Below, one piece after another: positions 49,175-58,707 of a stretch of 64,000 bases of DNA (position 1 is the stretch's first letter; each line of letters begins with the position of its first letter). A model generated the notes under the pieces. That model was not told the DNA's origin, searched no databases, and saw nothing but the letters and a program-made list of their open reading frames with translations. The stretch lies in the NCBI GenBank assembly GCA_963745835.1, contig CAVUZH010000025.1, positions 32,001 to 96,000 of the forward strand. The letters are read 5' to 3'. Position numbers and translations under genes: made by a program. The stretch is from an uncultured delta proteobacterium. GTDB lineage: Bacteria > Desulfobacterota > Binatia > UBA9968.

Positions 49175-52100
49175 ATGATCGTAAGTTCCAAACGTTCGAC
49201 ACAAGACTGGCTCCTTCTGGTCGGTCTGTTTTGTTTCTTCTTTTCCGGCGCCGCCGGCCTTGTTTATCAGGTGGTATGGACCCGGATGCTGACGCAGATC
49301 TTCGGTAATACGACCTATGCTATCGCAACGGTTCTGTCTGCGTTCATGGCAGGATTGGCGATCGGCAGTTATCTGTTCGGCAAGATAGCCGATCGCGGCA
49401 AAAACGATTTCTTGCTGTATGGTCTACTCGAAGCAGGCGTGGGCATTTATGGATTTGCCGTCCCGTGGCTGTTTGCTTTAGCGCAAAAAGCCTACGGTCC
49501 GATTTTCGGATTGAACGAATCGTATCCATTCCTGTTCAACCTAGTCCTTTTCTTTCTATCATTTGTGCTGCTGGTTTTTCCCACCTTGCTAATGGGCGCA
49601 ACTTTGCCGGTTCTGAGCCGATTTTATGTGCGCAGCTTTTCGCAGTTTGGTCGCCGGGTAGGCGACCTTTACGCGACTAACACAACCGGAGCGGTGATCG
49701 GTTGCGCGGCTGCCGGATTTTTTCTCATTCCAACGTTTGGTATGCGTACAACGGTATATGTGGCGGCGGGGTTGAATTTGATCATCGCCGCGCTGATTCT
49801 CATCGTCGACCGATTGCGGGACAAGAAGCCGCTGGAATTCAAGACGGCCAGCGCAGACGAGATACCTGAGACACCGGTGACGGACAATTCGCCGCCCTGG
49901 CTCGGCTGGGTGGTCCTGGTTTCCTTCGGGTTGTCCGGTTTTGCCTCGCTCGTATATGAGAATGCCTGGACACGCGCGCTGACGTTGGTGATCGGCAGCT
50001 CGATCTACTCATTCACCACTATGCTGGTGACATTTCTGATCGGGCTTGCCCTAGGAGGATTTATCTATGCCCGCTTCTTAGGCCAGCGGGAACCTCGCTT
50101 GAGTAGCTTCGGCCTAATCGAATTGTGGGTTGGATTGGCGGCGCTCGCCACAATACCGCTGTTTGAACGGCTGCCGCTGATCTTTGTCCGTTTGCTGCAC
50201 GGCTTCGGCGATACGTTTACTGTTTTTCTCTACTTGCAAATATTTCTATCGGCTCTCGTCATGTTCGTTCCCACGGTTCTTTTGGGCATGACGTTTCCCT
50301 TAGTCGCGCGCCTGTTTACTCAAAGTCTTTACCGGGTCGGCAGCGGCGTCGGCAGCTCGTACGCCGCCAACACCATAGGAGCGGTGCTGGGCGCCTTTGC
50401 AGGCGGATTTATTTTGATTCCGACTATCGGCGTTCAGAATGCGATCATTTTCGCAGTGGTGATGAATTTGCTGATCGGTTGCGCGCTGGTCGCGAGCGAT
50501 CCCAAGCTCGCGCCGCTGCCGCGAGCGATGCTGGGCGTGGCGGTTTTAATTTTGGCGGTCCTGGTGCCGTTCAAAGTGCAACGTTGGGATCCGCACATCC
50601 TGACCAGCGGCGTCACTATCTATAACGACCGCTATGAGAGCTTGCCTTCGGATTCGTTGCGGATTGAGGAGATGAAACGTGACGATATTTTGTTTTATCG
50701 AGAAGGGCTGACCACCACAGTCAGTGTCCATCAAATCTCCGGCAGCGACTATATCTATTTTAAATCCAACGGCAAAATCGACGGCTCGTACGGCGACGCT
50801 CTGAGCCAATTGATGACCAGCTACATTCCCATGTTGCTTCATCCGAAAGCCGAACAGGCGCTCACGATTGGGCTCGGCAGCGGTCACTCGGCCAAGGCGC
50901 TTGCAACTTTTGATACGGTGAAAGAGATCGAAGTCATCGAGATCGAACCGGCCATGATCGAAGCAAGCAAATATTTCGATCGCGCGTCCGTCGAGATGGA
51001 AGAATTTCCCGAGGGGATGTCCCTTCCGAACACGCCCGCCGGTCGGATCTGGTACGACGACCAGAAGAAGCGTCTTTTCTACAAAGGCGTTATGGAAGAT
51101 GACGAACGCTCAAAGCTCATGTCTCTCTCCGAGGACAGGGAATATCGCGGCGCGGTCGATCGCCTCTATCGAAACGCGCGCCATTCGCGCCATTCCAGCG
51201 TTCTTGAAGATAAAAGGGTGCGGGTGATTCCGACCGACGGCCGCAACTATATCTTAGCCACCCCCAAATATTACGACATCATCACCGCGGAGCCTTCCAA
51301 TCCATGGATTGCCGGCATTGCCAACCTCTATACTCGGGAGTTTTATCAGGTCATTAAATCCAAGATTAAGGATGACGGTATTTTTGCGCAGTGGTTTCAT
51401 AATTACTCGATGTCGCCGGACGACTTTCGCATGGTTTTCCGCACCTTCGTCGAGGCATTTCCGCATGTTTCATTGTGGTCGATGAAAGAGAGCGATTTCC
51501 TTCTGATCGGCAGCAAACAGGAGCATCCGTTCGATTACGCTGCAGTCAAGAAGATCTATGACAACAATCCGATGTTAAGATCGGATTTTGAATATCTCGG
51601 TTTGTCCGATGTTTATGCTGCTCAGGGATTCTATCGAATGAATCGAGATGGTTTTCTGGCTTTCTCTAAGGACGCCGACATCAATACCGATGACGGAGCG
51701 CAACTGGAATTTTCCGCGCCAAAAAACTTGCGACGGCCGACCACTGAGCTCAATCGCCAGCTAATGACGCCGCATCTCATAGAAGCGCCATGGCTCAAAT
51801 CACGCCCACCCGAGGTTTCCGAGGCCATGCACCATTACTATATGGCGGAATCGTATGCGGCGAGCCTCTCGCGCAATCGGGCGCTGGCCGAGTTGGAGCA
51901 AGCTATCAAGCTGGAGCCCAATAATCCGAAATTTTATTTGCTTCAAGCAAAGGTATTGTTGGATCAGGATAAGAGCACGGAAGGCGCCAAAGCCGCTTTT
52001 GCCGCTCTCGAACGAGACAAAGACGCGATCTCTCAAGTCCTGGCGATGAGCGACGAGTTCTATCTACCCGACGCCAAGGCTGTCTACAGCAAAATTATCC

Positions 52101-52603
52101 AGATGGGCACCAAAGAAGTTTTGCCTTACCTGGGTCTGGGTAATATCGCCCTTCACTCGGGGGATATTCCCGAAGCGGAGAAATGGTTCTCCCGGGCTGG
52201 GGAAATTGACGCCGAGCATCCGGCGGTGCTGCTAGCATGGGGGCGCTTAATCGCCGCCCAGGCGAAGGCCCAAACCGATGAAACCCGCGCCAAAACCCAA
52301 CTTCAAGAGGCTAGAGAATTTTTGGAGAAATCTAAATCCAAGGGCGAAGACTCGGCCACGATTCATTCCGAACTCGGCGAGATCTATTTACGACTGCAAA
52401 TGTGGGATAAGGCTGCCGCCTCTTACGAGGAAGCATTGCGGCTGCGCCGGAGAAGAAATGATTGGCGACGAATACTTGGTCAGGCTTATGCCCAGCTTGG
52501 CCGGACTGGGGAGGCGGAACGGAAATTCCGCGAAGTCTTGGCATTCAGCCCTGACGACGTCGAAGCATGGAGAGGCCTCCAATCTATCGGTAAGAAGTAT
52601 TAG
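49175..52603 (+). CDS. Fused multi-TM / spermidine-synthase-like methyltransferase with C-terminal TPRs
   Basis: Two TM repeats (SGAAGLVYQVVW, SGFASLVYENAW), IGLGSG, EIEP, DGRNY, DIITAEPSNPW, TPR tail. Confidence 0.88.
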   Translation: MIVSSKRSTQDWLLLVGLFCFFFSGAAGLVYQVVWTRMLTQIFGNTTYAIATVLSAFMAGLAIGSYLFGKIADRGKNDFLLYGLLEAGVGIYGFAVPWLFALAQKAYGPIFGLNESYPFLFNLVLFFLSFVLLVFPTLLMGATLPVLSRFYVRSFSQFGRRVGDLYATNTTGAVIGCAAAGFFLIPTFGMRTTVYVAAGLNLIIAALILIVDRLRDKKPLEFKTASADEIPETPVTDNSPPWLGWVVLVSFGLSGFASLVYENAWTRALTLVIGSSIYSFTTMLVTFLIGLALGGFIYARFLGQREPRLSSFGLIELWVGLAALATIPLFERLPLIFVRLLHGFGDTFTVFLYLQIFLSALVMFVPTVLLGMTFPLVARLFTQSLYRVGSGVGSSYAANTIGAVLGAFAGGFILIPTIGVQNAIIFAVVMNLLIGCALVASDPKLAPLPRAMLGVAVLILAVLVPFKVQRWDPHILTSGVTIYNDRYESLPSDSLRIEEMKRDDILFYREGLTTTVSVHQISGSDYIYFKSNGKIDGSYGDALSQLMTSYIPMLLHPKAEQALTIGLGSGHSAKALATFDTVKEIEVIEIEPAMIEASKYFDRASVEMEEFPEGMSLPNTPAGRIWYDDQKKRLFYKGVMEDDERSKLMSLSEDREYRGAVDRLYRNARHSRHSSVLEDKRVRVIPTDGRNYILATPKYYDIITAEPSNPWIAGIANLYTREFYQVIKSKIKDDGIFAQWFHNYSMSPDDFRMVFRTFVEAFPHVSLWSMKESDFLLIGSKQEHPFDYAAVKKIYDNNPMLRSDFEYLGLSDVYAAQGFYRMNRDGFLAFSKDADINTDDGAQLEFSAPKNLRRPTTELNRQLMTPHLIEAPWLKSRPPEVSEAMHHYYMAESYAASLSRNRALAELEQAIKLEPNNPKFYLLQAKVLLDQDKSTEGAKAAFAALERDKDAISQVLAMSDEFYLPDAKAVYSKIIQMGTKEVLPYLGLGNIALHSGDIPEAEKWFSRAGEIDAEHPAVLLAWGRLIAAQAKAQTDETRAKTQLQEAREFLEKSKSKGEDSATIHSELGEIYLRLQMWDKAAASYEEALRLRRRRNDWRRILGQAYAQLGRTGEAERKFREVLAFSPDDVEAWRGLQSIGKKY

Positions 52604-52628
52604 ATTTGGCTTTGCTGTCTCATCTCGA

Positions 52629-52675
52629 CAAAGACAAAGGCCCATTGGCTCAGTGCCATGGGCCTTTGTCTTTTG
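52629..52675 (+). terminator. Rho-independent terminator
   Basis: agacaaaggcccat / atgggcctttgtct stem ending in a T-run. Confidence 0.7.
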
Positions 52676-52753
52676 CGCTCCCGGACGACTTTGCAGTTCC
52701 TGCCGGTACGCTCTATTTTGGCAATGACCGGAATGGGCTGAAGGAGAAATCTC

Positions 52754-53566
52754 ATGGTAACTGGAAAGATCGGCATTGTCGGGGCGGGGAAGATCGGTTC
52801 GGCAATTGCGCGAGGTATCATTCGGTCGGGTCTCGTAACTAACGATCAGGTTATGGCCAGCGATGTCAGCGATGCTTTGCGGCGGGCCATCGGTAACGAG
52901 TTGGGAATCGGTGTAACGGCGGATAATCGACAGCTCTGTGACTTTGCCGATGTCGTGATCTTGGCCGTCAAGCCGCAGATTCTCGACTCGGTCGTGAAGC
53001 AAATGGCAAAAAGTTTTGGCGCAGGGAAGCTGCTGGTTTCGGTTGCAGCGGGCGTGCCGCTTTCCCGCATTGAAGCCGGCTTGGCGCCCGGCGCTCGCGT
53101 CGTCCGTGTGATGCCTAATATTTGCTGCGTGGTTGGCGCCGGTGCCGCGGCTTACGCAGCAGGGGCGCACGCTACGCCGCAGGATTTGGAAATCGTTGAT
53201 GCGATTCTCAACAGTTTCGGGATTGGCTTGCCCGTCGAGGAAAAAGATTTGGATGCGGTCACCGGGCTGAGCGGTAGCGGGCCGGCCTATGTTTTCCTTT
53301 TCATTGAGGCTCTGGCGGATGGCGGCGTCAAAGTTGGTTTATCGCGCGAGGTGGCGCTCAAGCTTGCGCTTCATACTGTCTTTGGCGCTGCGCGCATGGC
53401 GCTCGATAGTGCCAAACACCTGAGCGAACTCAAAGACGAGGTGACTTCGCCGGGCGGCACTACCATCGCAGGCCTGTATGCCCTAGAGCAGAACTCTTTT
53501 AAAGGAATCGTGATGGAAGCGGTTGTCAGCGCGACTAAACGCTCGCAGGAACTGGGGAAAGGATAA
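52754..53566 (+). CDS. proC: Pyrroline-5-carboxylate reductase
   Basis: GAGKIG, LAVKPQ, RVMPN, TGLSGSGPAY, VTSPGGTT. Confidence 0.96.
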   Translation: MVTGKIGIVGAGKIGSAIARGIIRSGLVTNDQVMASDVSDALRRAIGNELGIGVTADNRQLCDFADVVILAVKPQILDSVVKQMAKSFGAGKLLVSVAAGVPLSRIEAGLAPGARVVRVMPNICCVVGAGAAAYAAGAHATPQDLEIVDAILNSFGIGLPVEEKDLDAVTGLSGSGPAYVFLFIEALADGGVKVGLSREVALKLALHTVFGAARMALDSAKHLSELKDEVTSPGGTTIAGLYALEQNSFKGIVMEAVVSATKRSQELGKG

Positions 53567-53629
53567 AAAGGTCGAGATGAAACCTGAAAGACCAATAATA
53601 CTCCTATTAGCAGCAGCCTGGATTCGTGC

Positions 53630-54214
53630 TTACTTCCTTTTCCAATTTCCTTGCGCGTCCTGGATCCACCAGCCCGATTGAGCCTGATCTATCCAGCTCT
53701 TGGCAAAAATTCCCTTAATCTTCGGCACCGCATCGGGAGGAATATTGTTGGCCTTTGCAATCTCCGCGTACAGCGCTTCGCGGTCGCGGTTCTCGGCTTC
53801 GATCAGCTGTTGCACTTCAGCACGCTCTTTGAGGCTTAATCCCTCACTGCTGCGAACCACCAGCAGGCCGCCTTGATTGATGCCGGCACTGCCTTTGTCC
53901 ATATAGGGTTTGATGGCTCCGCTGCGGCGCTTTATCGAATCCCTCAGTCCGCGGATCGCCGGGTTGGACACATTGATATCGGCTTCTTGGGCGAACGCCT
54001 CACGGGTCAGGCTGAGCGAGAGGGTTCGGTGCGGGGCAAATGGCAGCAGGCTCTGAGGCTGAACGCGCTCCGATTTCCCGTTCGAACCGCCCCACGTCTC
54101 TTTAACTATTTCATCTGCGGCGCGCTGGACCGCGGCGGCGGGAAAATAGATGTTTACTGTGACGCAGGCACTCAGAATAAGTAATAAAACCACTGTAACT
54201 CGTCCCCGCATCAT
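53630..54214 (-). CDS. Lipoprotein with DUF1318/YdbL-like domain
   Basis: LSAC lipobox, VTVNIYFPA, ENRDREALY.EIAK.N, C-terminal GWWIQ...GNW. Confidence 0.75.
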   Translation of the reverse strand: MMRGRVTVVLLLILSACVTVNIYFPAAAVQRAADEIVKETWGGSNGKSERVQPQSLLPFAPHRTLSLSLTREAFAQEADINVSNPAIRGLRDSIKRRSGAIKPYMDKGSAGINQGGLLVVRSSEGLSLKERAEVQQLIEAENRDREALYAEIAKANNIPPDAVPKIKGIFAKSWIDQAQSGWWIQDAQGNWKRK

Positions 54215-54221
54215 TCCTCCA

Positions 54222-57173
54222 TTATTTTACTTGCGGCTTCTCCGTTGTGATCCGCTCTAGTCTTCGCAACAGCTCAGAGAAGCCAATCTCCTGCGTGTGG
54301 CTGATGATATTAACCGTGGGCGGCAGCAGGGTTCCGACGACGAGAAATTCTTTGCCGTCGCGGCTTTCGACTCCTCGTAGTGTCAATTTGTCGTTTCTCA
54401 GGCTCGCCCTGAAGCCCATTTTACTGTAACGGAAATTGTCGAATAATCCGGCTAAACCGCCGTAAAGCACATTCGAATCCTGTCCGGAACTCAGGATAGT
54501 GATTTTGTTCAAAGCTTCGACGCTGATCCACTGACTACTTTCCGGCCGTTCGACGGTTTCAACCTGAGCTTGAAAGCGCGCCGGTTGCCCCTCCGTGATC
54601 ACAAGATCGTCAACCGCTCCCTCTAAAATGCCCGAGATCTTGCCAAATGCAAAGGTATCGGAAACTTGCTCCAGGCGAATTTTTTGAAAGCGCGCTGCCA
54701 ATTTGAGCGATGGGACGGTGGAGAACAGATTCTCGATCTCCATTTGATCAATTTGCAGCTGCCCGCCGAACAGGTCCGCGTGTACCTGACCCTCGCTGCG
54801 CAGTGTGTCTCCGGTCGAACGAATCTGCGGGATGGTTCCGCTCAATGTTCCGCTAAAGCGGGGCCATCCCAAAGCATCGGTCAATTCCTGCAGTTGTAAA
54901 AGCCTTAAGTCGAGAGCAAAGGACATCGCTTTCGGATCGTTGACAACGTCAGGCCAGGCTAAATTAGTGATCTCCACGGTGCCGCCAAAAATCACCAGTC
55001 GAACCGGTTGGTGGAAAATCAACGTATTATTAGATAGGGAAATCGCGCTGGTTATGGGTGCGAACGAGCGCGAGCCGAAACGGCCGCCACCAATCGAAAG
55101 AATTCCGGGCGGAGTGCGGTTCACGCTGTTTGATTTTTCCGGATAACTGACCTGGAACGGTAAGGTAAGAGCAAGCGGACCGATTTCCCATTCATTGGCT
55201 CCGCGGCGCAGTTCGCCGCCTTGCAAAGTCATGCGCCCCTCGGTAATCAGGCGGTCCCAATTGCCGCGCGCGTGAAGCTGAAAAGCGATTTGTCCGCCAA
55301 TGCTTAACTTGTCGATGAATGGATATTGACGCTTAAAGTTTTCCTGAACGAAAGAAGTAAAGAAGCCGCCGGCACTTAAATTATCGCTGTGCGCTTGGAT
55401 TTCGATCGATGGCGCCCGCGCCAGCTGATTGATCGTGCCGCTAACCTCGATGGCTCCGGTAGACGCAAGAGTTAACCGGCCCTGACGTAGCCGTATGCTG
55501 TCGTCGTCGCGTAAATAATCGCCGTCGAATTCCAACACCGGTCGTTGTCCACCCAAACCAGCGAAAAACTTCCCCCATAACATTTCACCGCGTTGTAACG
55601 ACAGCTTGCCGGCGATCCGCATTGGATGGCGCTCGGTATTGGAGACAACCTCGACGCTGCCCGACAAGAGGAGATTCTCGCCGAGCTTAGTGCCGTCAGC
55701 CGACGCAAAGCGGCCCCCGTTTATTTGAACTCGCCCATTTACGACTAACGGCGCTTCCGGTGTGTATGCAAGCGAACCATTGATCTGCACCTGCTCGGCG
55801 CCGGCTTTAGTACGGTCCTTTTCGCCTGATACCAGCGATTGCCCTTTGAGCGAGACGTCCTTTAGTTTGAGCGATGAAGCGGTCCAATCGATCGGCGCAT
55901 GTAAAGCGATATCGGCCAAAGAAAAGTTACCGCCATGGAGGTCTAATTTGTTGCTACTGATTGCGCCGGTCACTTGCAAAGTTTTCCAAGATCCGTTGAC
56001 GGTTAATTCCGCTGCGGCCATTCCACGGTAAGTCCACTGATTCACAGGCTCGGGCAGGAATCTCTTAAGAACCTGCCACGGCACGCTATTAATCGACAGT
56101 TGCCCACGATTGACACCCAAGTCGCTGCCGGTGCTAACACTACCTTGCACATGAGCCGCGCCGAGCGGGGTAGCGATTTTCAAAGCCGTCACTGAGAAGA
56201 GCTTATCGATGGCTGAATAGCTGCCCATGAGGGTTGCCACAGCTGCCCCCTCACGACCTTCGCTTACTCCAGTGACGACGTTAGCAAAATCGGCGATTTC
56301 AAAGCGCGCCGCCACTGTTGCCTCAGTGAAATCCGGGTTGGGAATCACGCGAGCATCAAGGCCGCCGGTCACTGGTTTGGGGCCGATTTTTAGGTCTTTG
56401 AATTTGCCGATTACCGCCAAGCTGGGTGACCCGTTCGGAGTCCTTGTAAGCTTTGCCTCCAGACGCAACATTTCTTTTGCTACCTTGTCTGAACCGGCAA
56501 ACGGAACCAGACGCTCAGATAACGTTTCGCGGAGGACCAGATCGACTTTCGTGTCCTCGTTCTGCTGATTGAGAAACAGCTCCGCTTTGGCATTTAGCCG
56601 TGGCACGTCAGCATTCAAGCTAATGCCGCTCGATTGCCCGAAATTTAGATCTCTGGCGCGCAAGTTGATAGAAGAGAATTCAACGCGCTTACCGTCCGCT
56701 GTATTTAAAACGACGGCGCCGTCACGAATCTCCAAGTGACGTATTCGCAGCGGTGAAGATGCTTGGGCTGGGGCTTTCAGTATCTCCTCTAACTCCAGAT
56801 GAATCACCGGGCGTTCTATCGTCACTTGCTGAATGGTCTTGTACACGAGATCCAGAGGATTGACGCTCATCGCCACGTTGGCAGCAGTCGTTATAACATG
56901 ACCGGATTTTGCGATGGTCAGGGCGGCGCTGGTTATTTTAAATGGCAATCCGAAGTTGATGTCGCCAAAAGTGATTTCACAACCCGTCCTAATCGAAAGC
57001 TCACGTTCCAACCACAGCTGAAATCGTGAAGAGTTAAAAATTACAGAGAGCGTTCCATAGCCCAGAATGATGAGAGTGACACAGACCAGGGCTGACGTTA
57101 CGAGATAACGCTTCAAAGCAGCCAGAACATACACGCTGGTAATTATACGGGCAACCAGCGGGCGCGTTCGCAT
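54222..57173 (-). CDS. AsmA-like / YdbH-like intermembrane lipid-bridge protein
   Basis: N-terminal TM, long beta-rich repeat body, C-terminal YSKMGF...L.ND.L.L; upstream of the YdbL-like gene; start uncertain. Confidence 0.7.
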   Translation of the reverse strand: MRTRPLVARIITSVYVLAALKRYLVTSALVCVTLIILGYGTLSVIFNSSRFQLWLERELSIRTGCEITFGDINFGLPFKITSAALTIAKSGHVITTAANVAMSVNPLDLVYKTIQQVTIERPVIHLELEEILKAPAQASSPLRIRHLEIRDGAVVLNTADGKRVEFSSINLRARDLNFGQSSGISLNADVPRLNAKAELFLNQQNEDTKVDLVLRETLSERLVPFAGSDKVAKEMLRLEAKLTRTPNGSPSLAVIGKFKDLKIGPKPVTGGLDARVIPNPDFTEATVAARFEIADFANVVTGVSEGREGAAVATLMGSYSAIDKLFSVTALKIATPLGAAHVQGSVSTGSDLGVNRGQLSINSVPWQVLKRFLPEPVNQWTYRGMAAAELTVNGSWKTLQVTGAISSNKLDLHGGNFSLADIALHAPIDWTASSLKLKDVSLKGQSLVSGEKDRTKAGAEQVQINGSLAYTPEAPLVVNGRVQINGGRFASADGTKLGENLLLSGSVEVVSNTERHPMRIAGKLSLQRGEMLWGKFFAGLGGQRPVLEFDGDYLRDDDSIRLRQGRLTLASTGAIEVSGTINQLARAPSIEIQAHSDNLSAGGFFTSFVQENFKRQYPFIDKLSIGGQIAFQLHARGNWDRLITEGRMTLQGGELRRGANEWEIGPLALTLPFQVSYPEKSNSVNRTPPGILSIGGGRFGSRSFAPITSAISLSNNTLIFHQPVRLVIFGGTVEITNLAWPDVVNDPKAMSFALDLRLLQLQELTDALGWPRFSGTLSGTIPQIRSTGDTLRSEGQVHADLFGGQLQIDQMEIENLFSTVPSLKLAARFQKIRLEQVSDTFAFGKISGILEGAVDDLVITEGQPARFQAQVETVERPESSQWISVEALNKITILSSGQDSNVLYGGLAGLFDNFRYSKMGFRASLRNDKLTLRGVESRDGKEFLVVGTLLPPTVNIISHTQEIGFSELLRRLERITTEKPQVK

Positions 57174-57410
57174 CAGTGCTGGAAGTATCCAAACTCTGTC
57201 GAGTAGATTATCAAGCGGGACGAATGTGAGCAGTGACAGCAACCATTGGCAGGTGTACTGGGAATTTTCCGACTCCGAATTGCTCAAAAGAAGATTTTTG
57301 ACTACCTGTTGTAGTCGAGACGGGGTTCCCTCCTAGATCTAGTTTACTCCCGGTAGTTTCACGGTAGTAACCTTAAAGATTACATGGAGATTGTAAATGC
57401 TTAAATTTTC

Positions 57411-57439
57411 TTGACAAGCACAAATTCCTATATTACGGT
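57411..57439 (+). promoter_or_regulatory. Putative sigma70 promoter for the OmpA-family gene
   Basis: TTGACA-17-TACGGT. Confidence 0.45.
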
Positions 57440-57473
57440 AGCCCAAATTTTCACTACTTTTGGGGAGGGAGAG

Positions 57474-58199
57474 ATGCAAAACAATAAGTATTTGGCGTTG
57501 ACCGCGCTAGGCTTTTTCTTAGCTGGTTGCACGGGGATGACGCGTAATCAGGCCGCGCTGGTCGGCGCGTTGACATGCGGCGCCGCTGGCGCTGGCGGCG
57601 GCGCCTATGCCGCACATCAAGGTATCGATGGTAAACATCGCAATGAAGCGGCCGGAGCCGCGATCGGTGCGGTTAGCGGCGCATTAATTTGCGGTGGTCT
57701 TGGTTATTTATTTGGTGAGGATCCAAAACCGCCTCCGCCACCACCGCCGCCTCCTCCGCCACCACCGCCGCCTCCTCCGCCACCGCCACCGCCACCACCT
57801 CCGCCGCCCCCGCCGGCGCCGAAACCAACACCGCCGCCACCACCACCGGCGCCTAAGGTTGAGCGAACGATTATTCTCGATGACGTACTCTTTGACTTCG
57901 ACAGGAGCAACGTCAAGCCGGAAGCGGCTAAGATTCTTGATCGTCTGGTAGCTTTCATGCAGGAGAACAAGAATTCCAAGGTAACATTGTCAGGCCATAC
58001 GGATAATGTCGGTTCGGATGCCTACAATCAGAAGCTGTCAGAGCGCCGGGTTACGGCAGTCAGGGAATATGTCGTGAAGAAGGGTGTCGATGCCGGACGA
58101 ATCTCTGGACAGGGTTTTGGCGAGAGCAAGCCGATCGCTGACAACAAAACCCGGGAGGGTCGGTCCAAGAACCGCCGGGTCGAAATCAAAGTAAACTAG
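57474..58199 (+). CDS. OmpA-family lipoprotein: glycine zipper, polyproline linker, PG-binding domain
   Basis: FLAGC lipobox, FDFDRS, GHTDNVGSDAYNQKLSERR, NRRVEI; GGAGG RBS. Confidence 0.93.
   Translation: MQNNKYLALTALGFFLAGCTGMTRNQAALVGALTCGAAGAGGGAYAAHQGIDGKHRNEAAGAAIGAVSGALICGGLGYLFGEDPKPPPPPPPPPPPPPPPPPPPPPPPPPPPPPAPKPTPPPPPPAPKVERTIILDDVLFDFDRSNVKPEAAKILDRLVAFMQENKNSKVTLSGHTDNVGSDAYNQKLSERRVTAVREYVVKKGVDAGRISGQGFGESKPIADNKTREGRSKNRRVEIKVN
57729..57815 (+). repeat. CCN repeat encoding 29 consecutive prolines
   Basis: Direct read; includes 21-bp tandem units. Confidence 0.9.
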
Positions 58200-58226
58200 A
58201 ATCAGGTCAGCTAGGAGGGATTATCA

Positions 58227-58598
58227 ATGCGGATGCCAGGAAAGACGATTGTTTTTTTCCTCGCATCCGCATTGTTTTTCCCGGTTCTCGCTCCTGCTCA
58301 GAACTTTACGTTCAAGGAAATTGAAGCTCGAGTTCTCGAATATCGGAAGTGGTTGGACCAAGTCGGGTCCAGCGGTTCGCGCTACTGGATCCGATTAGAT
58401 AGCAGTAAAAGACCCCACAAGCTTTACGTGGGCGAAGGTTTCATGCAGGCAGGTCCCGACGAAAAGGAGAATTTTGTCGAGATCTTCTCGCGTTTTCTCG
58501 CCGGTCATCCTGAAAAAAATATGCTTATCGACATTTACGATGCCACCAATGGTAAGCCCATTGGTGAGTATGGTTTTGGCGGTTTTAAGCTTTTCTAG
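58227..58598 (+). CDS. Hypothetical secreted protein
   Basis: GGAGG RBS, signal peptide, directly after the OmpA-family gene. Confidence 0.7.
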   Translation: MRMPGKTIVFFLASALFFPVLAPAQNFTFKEIEARVLEYRKWLDQVGSSGSRYWIRLDSSKRPHKLYVGEGFMQAGPDEKENFVEIFSRFLAGHPEKNMLIDIYDATNGKPIGEYGFGGFKLF

Positions 58599-58707
58599 TC
58601 GCTACTTTTCATCGTTTAAGGCCACCAGTAGTTTACTGGCTGACCTTACCTATCCAACGCGGCATACCGGGCTTTCATTCGCTTTTACATTTTTGTAGTA
58701 CAGCGGC

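Noticed and set aside
57704-57979. Polyglycine ORF on the minus strand
   Set aside because: It is the antisense of the OmpA polyproline linker.
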